Shown: positions 49,183-60,800 of the stretch, piece by piece
How positions within the stretch are numbered: the first letter of the stretch is position 1
How the letters are laid out: every line of letters begins with the position of its first letter
Assembly: GCA_950097015.1 (NCBI GenBank)
Contig: CATNEN010000030.1
Location: 3,658,001 to 3,722,000 of the forward strand
Source: Macrostomum hystrix
Lineage: Eukaryota; Animalia; Platyhelminthes
Direction: 5' to 3'
Length of the DNA: 64,000 bases
Program-made: the position numbers and the translations under genes
Notes under the pieces: model-generated
What the model saw: only the letters and a program-made list of their open reading frames with translations
What the model was told of the DNA's origin: nothing
Databases searched by the model: none

Positions 49183-49692
49183 GCGTGAACATACATCAGT
49201 TGAAAGTGGCCAGATAGGTAAAGTGAGCGAAATTCACGAAAAACAAGCACTGAAAATATAGGACCGAAAAATCTCATGTTTTCTAGGACGTTTTCATAAA
49301 AACGAAGCTCGATAATAAACAGCTAAACTTTTACATTCGCTTTCGGGTATTCTGAGGTGACAAAAACGGACTAAAACTGACTGTGGGTGTTAGGCACCTG
49401 TACCGCCTACCTGCGCGGAAAAGCAGCAATGAAAGTGTCGAGTGCTCAGCGAGCCCACACATTCATTATCTTGAGCAGATAAAAGCTATCTGAACTGCTA
49501 TACCCGCCGCTCATTCAAAGTTGAAGAAAAACTGCTGAAGACATTTTCAGATGTACACAGACATTGCTAGAACGATTGGAGGTCTGCAATCTAATGTACA
49601 GTCAATCCAGTTTAAGTCGCATAAAATTTTTGGCTTCAAATCTCACAACAACACTTTTCAATAAGTGTGCGTTCCCGCTGTTCTTTCTGCAG

Positions 49693-50464
49693 AGCAGACT
49701 CACCCATACTGAAGTTCTTGAACGCCCCAGCGAAGACATGAGCAGCCTGGACCCCGGGAAAGCCAGTCGCGTGTTGGACCTCCTGGAGACCGCCACGAGA
49801 AGGGGCGACCTGGAGAAAGACGAGGCGGTCAGCATCCTGTCCAGCTGGCTGGCCGACCAGAAGAGAAACAGTAGCAGCGGCTGCCTGCGCAGCAGCTGGC
49901 CGGCTTGTGCCGCGAATCCTGACGCTTCACCGCCGCCTCTGCCGCCGCGACGTTGGCCGCAGACACAACTAACCATGATAAGGTAACTCTCTTCCTAATC
50001 ACGACCTCTTCTGACTAAAAAAATTGTTCGACAAAGATTAGAAGATTTTTTTTCAATTTTCATTCAGGAGTCCGTCAGGCGTGAATTCAGTTCCCGATCC
50101 AACCAGTTCAAGAACCAGGGTTCAACCTCCGCAGCCGCCGCCCCAGCGTCAGCAGCGATCCCCTCGCTGGCTCCGGTGGATTGCCGGCTGTGTGGTCAAT
50201 CAAGAAGTCGCTGAAGCAGCGGCAGTTTCTGCTCCTGCTGCCAGTCCGGAGGTTGTGGCGGAGCACGAGTACGCGGTGTACGGCCGCGCAGCATCGCCGA
50301 ATGGTGAGAGCAGAGCCTTCTCTCTGATGGACTTTGGCGAGTACACCTATGACGGTGATGAGGAGGAGCACGATGGCTACAATCAAGGCTTCCCGACTGC
50401 CGTATGCGAGGGAGCGAACACCTCCAGCACGATGGACAGCGGTGTGTTTACAAACACCTGCTGA
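49693..50464 (+). CDS. Hypothetical protein, two exons (49693-49982, 50068-50464); 5' end unknown
   Basis: GC-rich exons joined in phase 2 by AG|GTAACT..TTCAG. Pro-rich segment and acidic Tyr-containing tail; no family recognised. Confidence 0.55.
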
Positions 50465-51449
50465 TTGACGTTGTGTACCGGGTCCGGGTAAAAGAAAACT
50501 CACTCAAACACCTTCGATATGCGAAATTCACCGTACGATAACGCCTGGCATGCTTCATTATCAGTGTTTCGCAAACTCTCATTTTCATGCATTCGACTTA
50601 CGCAATGGCAAATTTCGGTGCGTATATAAAATATACAGGTGTGGCAAATATTCTCACATTTGCGCTCCCGGAAATTCGCTGCTTCGATCGTTTTTGTCCC
50701 AGTAACTATAGTACATTGTGTTTCATTATGCATTTTTGCCTCACTTGAATTTTATATCTCTATAGCCAGAATTCCGTCATACTTTGCATATTTCGGCATT
50801 ATCCGATTTCGCACTGTGCAAATGCATCAAATAAACTCATTAAAGCACCTGAATTTTTTATTCAAAAATATCAGTCCATTGCACGAGTATTCATAGAACT
50901 TAATGTCATTTCTTTGTGCAAATTGCTTGACTAATGCATGCTGCTGCGGAATATATTTGTTTCTTGGAAAGTGCCGGGTGGAATCTTGGCAGCAACAAAA
51001 TATTTTGTCGATTGTTTTAAACCAGTACCTACTCGGACCTGCATGCTCAGGCAAATTCTATCTCATTCACTTTTTTGATGCCAGTCAATAAGATCTCGAG
51101 CGTAAATAACACGCAGAGGACGGACTCAACAGCTCTGTCAGATTGGCTTTATCAAAGCTGTTGCTGCTAACATAGTCATTGCGCATTGATTGCAGGCAGT
51201 TAAATCTAGTTTCTGTTGCTGATTCAGTGCTACGCCAGAAAGGTCATCCATGTCTTAGCGAACGCCTCATTGATAAGGTGCACGCTTCGATTCAAAGACC
51301 ATGCGGCGCAGTGAGTGAGGTCGGGTCTCAGGTGTCTCAGGTGTCTGGGGTGAAAATCTGTGGTTCGTCTGAGCATAGTTCTTATGGTTCTATTAAAGAC
51401 ACTCTGCTGTGCTTATTTGAGTTCATTCACTGACGATCGCTTGTAGAAC

Positions 51450-51668
51450 ATTGCAGGAGGGCTGCGGGCAATCTCACACCAGTTGGTGACACTAGACTCG
51501 CAGCCAGCGAGGAGGCAATTCTGCCCATTTTGCTGACTCCTGAGCACACACGCACTCAGATGCCGTACGCAGGCACACGCTCACACAGGTGTGTACATCT
51601 GCAATGACAGTCTCATCGTCAGGCAGTGTACAATCTCACTGTGTCCTGGAGGTTGGCCCTTAAGGGCA
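51450..51668 (-). mobile_element. SINE family A, 5'-truncated
   Basis: Body and LINE-like 3' domain present; tRNA head absent. Confidence 0.85.
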
Positions 51669-51923
51669 TAAATACTAATCATATTTCCATCACCACCATC
51701 GCCATGTTCAGTCACAACAAAGGATAAAGCAATAAAAAAATTAAAACAATCCATGATTCCTTCAACACAATATCAGTTAGCAATGCCAAATAGGATGCCA
51801 GCCGAGAAATCAAATCTGTTTATTTCTAAGAAATCAGTTCGCCTAACCATTGGCGCCATTTTCCACTGAATTCCCTGAAAATTATATTAAATGTTTCGTC
51901 AATAGTTCTCGTAGTTCAGTGCT

Positions 51924-53769
51924 CTATCGCGTCTTCCTTGACTGGATGACCTTGGGATGAGACAGAGCCCTGTAGGACTGGATTAGCATTAGCAGCGGAA
52001 ACACAACCCACAGGAAGTTAAAGAAGAACAGGTGGAACCAAACCCGGAACGGATTGTCGGTCAGGTTCTTGTTGCCGGACAGCCACTCAGGTGCGAACGT
52101 CATCCAGTCTGATGAAATTTGTCGGCGATAAGTTTACGCTGATGTTAATAGCTAGTAAAGCAGAGGGTTGAAAAAACTGTATCTAAAAAACTCACTTCCG
52201 TATAGTTCGCAGGTGCACAGCACAATCTGCAAGAAGTGCCTATTCGGACTGTGACTCTTGATGGCCCAGATGATGGCAAAGCACAGGCTACCGTCCAGAA
52301 GCACCGTCACAATCTCCATGGCAACAATGTTCTGCTCGGCCCAAAGCCATCGCACGTCCGCGGCGCCATATTCTTTCCCTGTCAGGAAGGGCAAGACAAA
52401 CATTTGTTAAAAATGAAGCAAAAATGGATGGCTAATTCAAGGTAATTGACAATCGCATTCATTAGCTCGTACAAACGTGAGCCAGCGGCCCAGTAGCATT
52501 TTGCACCGTAGTGGTCAACGAGTAGTACACAAAGCGACCTTCCTGCAACATATTGATAAATTTGATTATCGCGATAAGAAATCTATTGTGAATTTGTTCG
52601 AGTCATATCATCGATGTATACTCGTACGATCGCATATCTGATCATCAAAACACTTCTTTCATATGCTTACCGTACCAATACCTTTTAGTAGCTACCACGC
52701 TATCGTACCAATACCTTTTGGTAGCTACCACGCTACCGTACCAATACCTTTTAGTAGCTACCACGCTATCGTACCAATACCTTTTAGTAGCTACCACGCT
52801 ACCGTACCAATACCTTTTAGTAGCTACCACGCTACCGTACCAATACCTTTTAGTAGCTACCACGCTACCGTACCAATACCTTTTAGTAGCTACCACGCTA
52901 CCGTACCAATACCTTTTAGTAGCTACCACGCTATCGTACCAATACCTTTTAGTAGCTACCACGCTACTGTACCAATACCTTTTAGTAGCTGACACGCTAC
53001 CGTACCAAAACCTTCTAGTTACTGACAAATTTCCGAACAAAAACCTACCAATAGCTGACACTGTATCGGACAAAAACATTCGAGTTGCCGACGCACTACC
53101 GCACCAAAACCTTCTAGTTGCTGACACACTACCGGACAAAAACATTCTAGTTGCCGACGCACTACCGGACCAAAACCTTCTCGTTGCTGACATACTACCG
53201 GACCAATACCTTCTCGTTGTTGAAACACTACCGTACGAAACCTTTCAGTTGCTGACACACTACCGGACAAAAACATTCTAGTTGCCGACGCACTACCGGA
53301 CCAAAACCTTCTCGTTGCTGACATACTACCGGACCAATACCTTCTCGTTGTTGAAACACTACCGTACGAAACCTTTCAGTTGCTGACACACTACCGGACC
53401 AAAACCTTCTCGTTGCTGACATACTACCGGACCAATACCTTCTCGTTGTTGAAACACTACCGTACGAAACCTTTCAGTTGCTGACACACTACCGGACCAA
53501 AACCCTCTCGTTGCTGAAACACTACCGGACCAAATCCATCACCTAACAGTTGCTGACACTCTACCGTACGAAAACACTGACCTCAAATAAATCATTCTTG
53601 CTCATCTTACCATCAAAAAGTGAGTCAGACCATTGTATACCAGCCAGAACACTAGAAATCTTTCACTGGTCTTCACTAGACGAAAGGCTACTAGCCAGGC
53701 TACGGCCACATAAACGACCACTTCAGCCAGGCCGAGGCCCAACTCCGGTGTCCACTGAATAGAATCCAT
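51924..53769 (-). CDS. EBPL: Emopamil-binding-protein-like (EXPERA domain), 198 aa; exons 53769-53611, 52542-52473, 52378-52196, 52108-51924
   Basis: [69 protein letters not shown]; phase-consistent, 597 nt. Confidence 0.9.
52668..53570. repeat. 33-bp minisatellite in EBPL intron 1, two sub-arrays
   Basis: TACCGTACCAATACCTTTTAGTAGCTACCACGC (homogeneous, to ~52990), then TACCGGACCAAAACCTTCTCGTTGCTGACACAC-type units. Confidence 0.95.
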
Positions 53770-54296
53770 GGCTGCCCCCGGTATTGAGCTGGCTTCTGAG
53801 TCTCTTGGCTAATTCTTTCGGTAGTATAATGCATAAGCTGCCGGCCGTCTGGTTTGTGCAGCGTTATAAGCTATAACTGTGCGTGAATAGTTCCGATCTG
53901 ACCACTTTTTTCTAACCCTCTCCCCTGCCCAACAGTCCAAGGGCCAAGGCCACCCAGGCCTGTGTTTTCGGTGCACAGTTTTTTTAATGTCCCGCTTGAA
54001 GGTCCGTGTCTTATAATCACACCCCATAAAGTATAATTGTACATTGTACAGTGTACAATGCTCTCTTTCTAATGCAGATATCTAGCGCAGTGTGGTTTAA
54101 TATTGTGTAGCGTTGTGTGTTGAGTCACAATTATTTAGCATTACTAATACTCGTAGTTAGTCACAATGGCTCTTCGGCACTACGGTGCAATTCTGCTGGC
54201 GATGCTGAAACAGGGACAACTGAAAGTGCCGGTTGTCACCCCTGTTCATTAGGAGTGCCGGTTGTCACCCAATGTTCATTCAGATTATGAACATTC

Positions 54297-54720
54297 AGGG
54301 ACTTCCCCCCCCTGAAAATTTTTTGTGCTGCACACGAACAGAACAACGCAAGCACACGAAACTCAAGAACACGGGCCAACTTTTTGTTGCGCATCTTCTG
54401 AAACAATAATGAAATCGCCAGCTCTTCAGATCGTCTAGATATTCAATGTCTCTGGCCGAAGGTCGGATTTTTCCCATAAGCGCTAGTATATTTCATTTCA
54501 CCCCTATACACGAATTAGCACTGCGCCTGAGTGCGGCCTTGCAAGGCATTCAAAATTTATCAGCATGTCACCCGAATGTGCCTGCATCATCTCCGTCTTC
54601 GGTGGTCACCTAACTATATCTAGACGGATTTGCTGGACCTTCAAGGGCAACAACAGGCGGAAATAGGTTACTATGGACACCCTGATGCAAATTTTCACTG
54701 ATAAAGCCAAAACACTAGAC
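54297..54720. repeat. Dispersed ~430-bp repeat, inverted copy at 23090-23525
   Basis: Reverse-complement match to 23090-23525. Confidence 0.85.
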
Positions 54721-55037
54721 GCAGCTCAACCACAGTACACCATCGTCTAGTCTGTCAACCTATCAGTCACCACCCAACGCTGTTAGCATTCGGGCGCTGC
54801 CATAACATTTTCCTGAGGGGGTATAAAAACGGGCGGCAAAATGGCTCGGTTCTCCTACTGTTAAGCAATCTTCTGACTATTTCAAGTCTAGAATAGCAAA
54901 GTTTCCCCAATACGAGATATGCAGAAATTTGCACAGTTGGTTCAAGCTTGGGTCGTGGGTCAGTACATGACAAATGAGAGCTGTTTTTAGCCTGCTGTAT
55001 AATATTTGACACTGGTGTGCATAATAAAGTACACTTT

Positions 55038-55594
55038 TCACAAGTACATGTTTGAAGCCTTGACAAAGCCGTCATTGTCTCTTCCATCGGGAAGTTCCAG
55101 ACCAGCTGACTGCTGATGCTGAGACTGCTCCTGCTCAATGTGAGTAGCAATGCGACTCAACCGGCGATGCTGCGCCAGGGCCGCCGCTCTGGCTGTCACG
55201 CTGTCCATTGACTCCTCGGATGAATCGTCGTCTGATATAACGTCATCATCGTCAACGCCATTGCCTAGGCCACTGGCACCCGCTGTTTCGGGTTGCTCCT
55301 GACTGGCCGTTGGCCGCCTGCGTCGATGACGCAGCCAAATAGCAACGCAGTTGCCGACTGTCACAGCCAGCAGCAGAAGCAAAATTGTCAGCAGAAATGC
55401 CAACACAGCCAGAAGCAGACTCCCGGACTCGGCGCGGTCGCGCCCGCTGGCGCTGTGGACGCTGGTCTCAGCCGGGTAGGTCTTCTCACAGTTCAGCCAA
55501 GACTGATTGCCGCCCATTGAGAATTCCCGCTTGGTTGGGCTGGAGCAGCAGTTTCTTGGGTCAGGTGCGCCACCTGGGACGCCTTCAGGTGAGC
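55038..55594 (-). CDS. Last exon of a single-pass membrane protein of unknown function
   Basis: Acceptor CTTGCAG; hydrophobic LLLAVLAFLLTILLLLLAVTVGNCVAIWL followed by RHRRRR (positive-inside) and an acidic tail. Upstream exons not secured. Confidence 0.6.
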
Positions 55595-55685
55595 CTGCAA
55601 GGGAGAAATCCCAAAGTCGTGAATGACGAAGGTCACAGAGCAAGTGAATTTTGACTTACATCTCTCATTATAATTATTATACTCG

Positions 55686-56050
55686 TAATTGCAGGAGGGC
55701 TGCGGGCAATGGCACATGATTTGGTGACACTAGACCCGCAGCCAGCGAGGAGGCAATTCTGCCCATTTCGCTGACTCCTGAGTACACACACACTCAGATA
55801 CTGTACGCAGGCACACACACAGGTGTGTACATCTGCACTGACTTTCTCATCGTCAGGCAGTGTACACTTTCACTGTCGCATTGGAAGTTGGCCCTCAAGG
55901 GCGTAAATTGCACGACAAGCCACCAAGCCTTCTCTCCGCGGCTGCGCCCTAAATGAATGTGGCCTCGCCGCGGAATCGAACTCAGGGACCGTGGTGCGAG
56001 AGGTAAACGCGAGAGGTAAACTCCCCCGATCCCCGACTGCCACTGACCCC
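55686..56050 (-). mobile_element. tRNA-derived SINE family A
   Basis: A box GGTCAGTGGCAG, B box GAGTTCGATTCC, intact 3' structure. Confidence 0.9.
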
Positions 56051-56644
56051 CGACTTACCTCTCTCAGTCAATATTTCAAGTGAATATAGTTTAGTTTGTA
56101 ATTTTTACTTTGTTCAGTTGGCTTTTTTTCGAGTATTATTCTTCAATTAATTTTCGCATACAGAATAAATAACAATGGGAGATTTGCCTGCAAAACAGCA
56201 GCAATTACTCGTGGATTAATTAAGCAAAATCATTATCAATATGCCCCACCAGTAGGGCAGCACAAAAATCTTTGAGCGGTAAAATTCTAGAGAGTGCAGG
56301 TAAGTCAGCTAGGCTCTGACACAAGCTTTTATCTGCCCCCCTAGCCGTATCAAAGGGAGTTCCGATCAAGCATAAAAATCGATCGATCGATTCCCGCTGC
56401 GTGCGCACAGATTTTTGTTTCAGAGGCTCACTTTGAACGCGGCGCGAGTTGCTTCCGCGCGTCTTGTCTGTTTTCGGGCGCAAAGAAGTCGCATATTTCT
56501 CGAAGCCACCTGACAGTCACTGGTTCCAAACCTGCCTTTCCTCTCCTTGAGCTCACCTGAACTCAACCCAGTGCTAAGTGTGCTCAGTGTTCGCCTCTCC
56601 CCCAATTTTTCCTTTGCTCATATTTGAACAGTTCTACTTTGAAA

Positions 56645-56862
56645 TGAATCCAACTGTAAACTGACAAGAATCCAACTGTAATCTGGCATGAATCCAACTG
56701 TAATCTGACATGAATCCAACTGTAATCTGACATGAATCAAACTGTAATCTGGCATGAATCCAACTGTAATCTGACATGAATCCAACTGTAATCTGACATG
56801 GATCAAACTGTAATCTGACATGAATCCTACTGTAATCTGACATGAATCCGTCTGTAATCTGA
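56645..56862. repeat. 22-bp minisatellite (ATGAATCCAACTGTAATCTGAC)n
   Basis: Tandem unit visible. Confidence 0.95.
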
Positions 56863-57826
56863 CACATATAAATATACGATAATACTTGATGGTTCTACAA
56901 GTTTAAATTTAGACAAAGTTCACAGCATAAATCAATCAGATGGTTTAGTGCTGGGCAATACGACGAGTCGAACTAAAATTACTTTCAATTAGGGAAATCC
57001 CATTAGTCTCCTTTAAGTTTTATTATGACGGTTCAAACTGAAATCACGGACTATCGAATAAAGGTGAGACAATATTATTATATGTATAATAACATTAACA
57101 ATAAAACAATGTAATGTAAGACAGGCTGCCGCAGTAAAGTTGAAATGGTCAGCTGATGATGAAAAGCGCAGGTAAATACACAAATTTTAACATGCTAGTA
57201 AATTCATCATTTTAACAACAGTTTAATTTAATTAAAAAATGAGTTTCACATAAATCAATCATCACATTCTATGAAGGAACCTGTGTTGATATCCTGATAA
57301 CCATTTTCCAATAAGTTATCAAATATATACAGAACACGGAACTGAAGCATTGTTAAACTTACCTGTAAAAAAGTGCAAAAAATGGAATTTGGTCATTCTG
57401 ATTAAAAACACAACTTTCTAATGCACAGCCAGCCAGTGGTCTGATGTTATTAACATTTTAAATTACAAATATATCCTTTTCGGTTTCCATTTACTTGTAA
57501 TATTTATATAGTGTATAAATTAGCCATTTGAGGCCAAAGTTTAGTGCCATGATTTCGAGATTTAGTGCCGAGATAACAAAATCATCAATTCACCTTTAAC
57601 AGCAACGCAACATATGATAAAAATCGCAGTAAAATTCTTGCCACACCTTAGCAACGAGAGTGCTTCCTTAGATAAGCAATCGGGTTGCTATGCCGGCGAT
57701 AAGCGTGGCGATATCAGGTGAGATGATTGGTCTAAATGGAATTGAAACGCAGTTAAAAATACCGCCAAGTAAAATAGTAAAACAACAATCAGAAGCTGTG
57801 TTTTCAGTGCGTCACTGGGCAGCAGA

Positions 57827-60800
57827 TCAGTACAGCCAATGTACTGGCAGCCACTGATGCTCAGTGGTGAGAGAGTCCAATATAGCCTCCAACTGCTCGT
57901 AGCAGCTGTCAAAATTATCGCAGATTAGCACAGAATCGAACAGGTGCCGAAAGGTGCGCTCGATGTGAATGGATTGCTGAATTGCCTTGCGGAAATCTTC
58001 ATCCTGTTGTTTGCGGAAAAATTGCATTTGCATAACGAGCTAGGAACCTTAACTGTAGGATTTGTAACTCAAGATAGGGATTGGGAGGCTGGGATCTCAT
58101 CAGATAAGATGAAGGGATTGGGAGGCTGGGATCTCATCAGATAAGATGAAGGGATTGGGAGGCTGGGATCTCATCAGAGAAGATGAAGGGATTGGGAGGC
58201 TGGGATCTCATCAGAGAAGATGAAGGGATTGGGAGGCTGGGATCTCATTACAGGAAATGAAGGATTGGGAGGCTGTGATCTCATCACAGGAGATGAAGGG
58301 ATTGGGAGGCTGGGATCTCATCAGAGGAAATGAAGGGATTGGGAGGCTGTGATCTCATCACAGGAGATGAAGGGATTGGGAGGCTGGGATCTCATCAGAG
58401 GAAATGAAGGGATTGGGAGGCTGTGATCTCATCACAGGAGATGAAGGGATCGGAAAGCTGGGATCTCATCACAGGAGATGAAGGGATTGGGAGACTGGGA
58501 TTCTTATAAGAGAAGATGAAGGGATCGGGAGGCTGGGATCTCATCATAGGAGATGAAGGGATCGGGAGTCTAGGATTCTTATAAGAGAAGATGAAGGGAT
58601 CGGGAAGCTGGGATCTCATCACAGGAGATGAAGGGATTGGGAGACTGGGATTCTTATAAGAGAAGATGAAGGGATCGGGAGTCTAGGATTCTTATAAGAG
58701 AAGATGAAGGGATCGGGAAGCTGGGATCTCATCACAGGAAATGAAGGGATTGGGAGACTGGGATTCTTATAAGAGAAGATGAAGGGATTGGGAGACTGGG
58801 ATTCTTATAAGAGAAGATGAAGGGATCGGGAGGCTAGGATTCTTATAAGAGAAGATGAAGGGATCGGGAGACTAGGATTCTTATAAGAGAAGATGAAGGG
58901 ATCGGGAGGCTAGGATTCTTATAAGAGAAGATGAAGGGATTGGGAGACTAGGATTCTTATAAGAGAAGATGAAGGGATCGGGAGGCTGGGATTCTTATAA
59001 GAGAAGATGAAGGGATCGGGAGGCTAGGATTCTTATAAGAGAAGATGAAGGGATTGGGAGACTAGGATTCTTATAAGAGAAGATGAAGGGATCGGGAGGC
59101 TAGGATTCTTATAAGAGAAGATGAAGGGATCGGGAGAGATTGGTGCTCTGGCGCCTCCTCTCTGTGGAGCTGAAAAATATGCCACTAAGCGGCAATCAAC
59201 ACGCCTTTCGGTCGGGACGTTCCACCGAAAGCGCTCTCCACGCTCTGGTGGACGCTCTGGAAAAGGCCGTCCTCGGGAACGGCTTTGCCCTGAGCATCTT
59301 CCTGGATATTGACGGGGCCTTCGACAACGTTCTCTTCGAGGCGTTTGACAGGGCCCTACGTATGCGGCACACGCATTCGCATCTTAGGAGGTGGATCATG
59401 TACATGGTCCGCCACCGCACTGCTACGGCACACCTTCTTGGACACCAGCGGACGGTCACTGTCTGCAAAGGTTGCCCACAAGGCGGCGTCCTCTCACCAG
59501 TTCTCTGGAACATGGTTATCGACGAGCTCTTACGAGACTCTCAGCCAGACCCCATCCTAAAGGTCGGCTATGCGGATGATGTTACGGCAGTGGCATCTGG
59601 CCCGGTACCAGAGGCCCTCCGAGACCTTCTGCAAAACTTTATCAACAACGCCGAAAGATGGGCAACTCGCTGCGGTCTGAAGCTCTCCGAGTCTAAGACA
59701 GCGGCGATCATGTTCACCAGCAAAAACAAATGGCATATTCGCCCCCTGCAGCTGTATGGAAAGGACATCACCTTCCAGATGCAAACTAAATGCCTGGGCA
59801 TAACGCTCGATCACAGGCTCAGCTGGACTCCTCATGTCCATGCCAAAGCCAAAAAGGCCTTTGCGATCCTGGCGCAGCTGCGCAGGGCGGTGGGCAACAC
59901 GTGGGGTCTCACCCCCAAACGCCTATGGTGGATCTACACTGCTATGGTCAGGCCGGCTGTCTCGTACGCCGGACTGATCTGGGCTAGTGCCCTTCAGCTT
60001 AAGACCTGCCATGAGACTCTTCGGAGAGTGCAAGGTCGCGCATGTCGGACGATCATGAGCGCCCCGCCATCCGCCCCCTTCGATGGCCTCAACGCCTTCT
60101 TGAACATCCTCCCGCTCGATATCTTTATCCGCGGGGAGGCGGCAAAAACCGCCCGGCGTCTCCTTGATGCCGGTGTGCGCTTCGTCCCCCAACGAGCGGC
60201 AGCGAAGCGAAAGCTCCTGCCGCACACGGACCTTTGCCTGAGAGACTTGGGTGCGAGCAACGGAATCAATGTCCTTACGGACGGTGAACCGTGCTCGCTC
60301 AACCTCCTTCAGCGCTTTAAGGTTCTCATCCCCACCAGGGACCAAGTTAGCGACCACTGGAACACCCAGGAGGTCCACTGCTACACGGACGGATCCATGA
60401 AGGATGGCTCCGCTGGCTTCGGGGTCTGTATCCTTATCAACGGACGTGTTGTCGCCACACACGCCCAACACACTGGAAAATCCTCGAGCGTTTTCCAGAA
60501 CGAGGTCCTGGCCATCAGCTCCTGCGCTGCGGAGTTGAATGAGAAAAACATCTCAGGCAGGACTATCATCTTTCACTCGGACAGTCAGGCTGCTCTGCAA
60601 GCCCTCTGTCACACCACCACAACCTCCCGGACAGTCTCCGACTGTGTCCGGCAGCTCAATAACCTGGCCGGTAAGAATACCGTCAGACTTCAGTGGATAC
60701 CAGGGCACGCCGGTTTCCCTGGTAACGAGCTTGCTGACCACCTGGCCAAGCAGGGAGGAGCCAGCTCTGCGCCGGGCCCCTCCCCCCCGGCTCCGATTCC

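Noticed and set aside
55725-55765. HDV-like ribozyme in the SINE-A 3' domain (GCC-TCCTCGCT-GGC matches HDV P3/L3; upstream GCCTGCG could pair with TGCGGGT as P1)
   Set aside because: The GG needed for P1.1 is CT and there is no proper J4/2-P2. The same bases form a covarying hairpin shared with the LINE 3'UTRs, where the P3 pairing is not kept.
55835-55860. Hammerhead-like CTGACGATGAGAAAG in SINE-A, and CTGATGAG..GAAA on the minus strand near 35660
   Set aside because: No room or pairing for stem II and no stem III/UH site.
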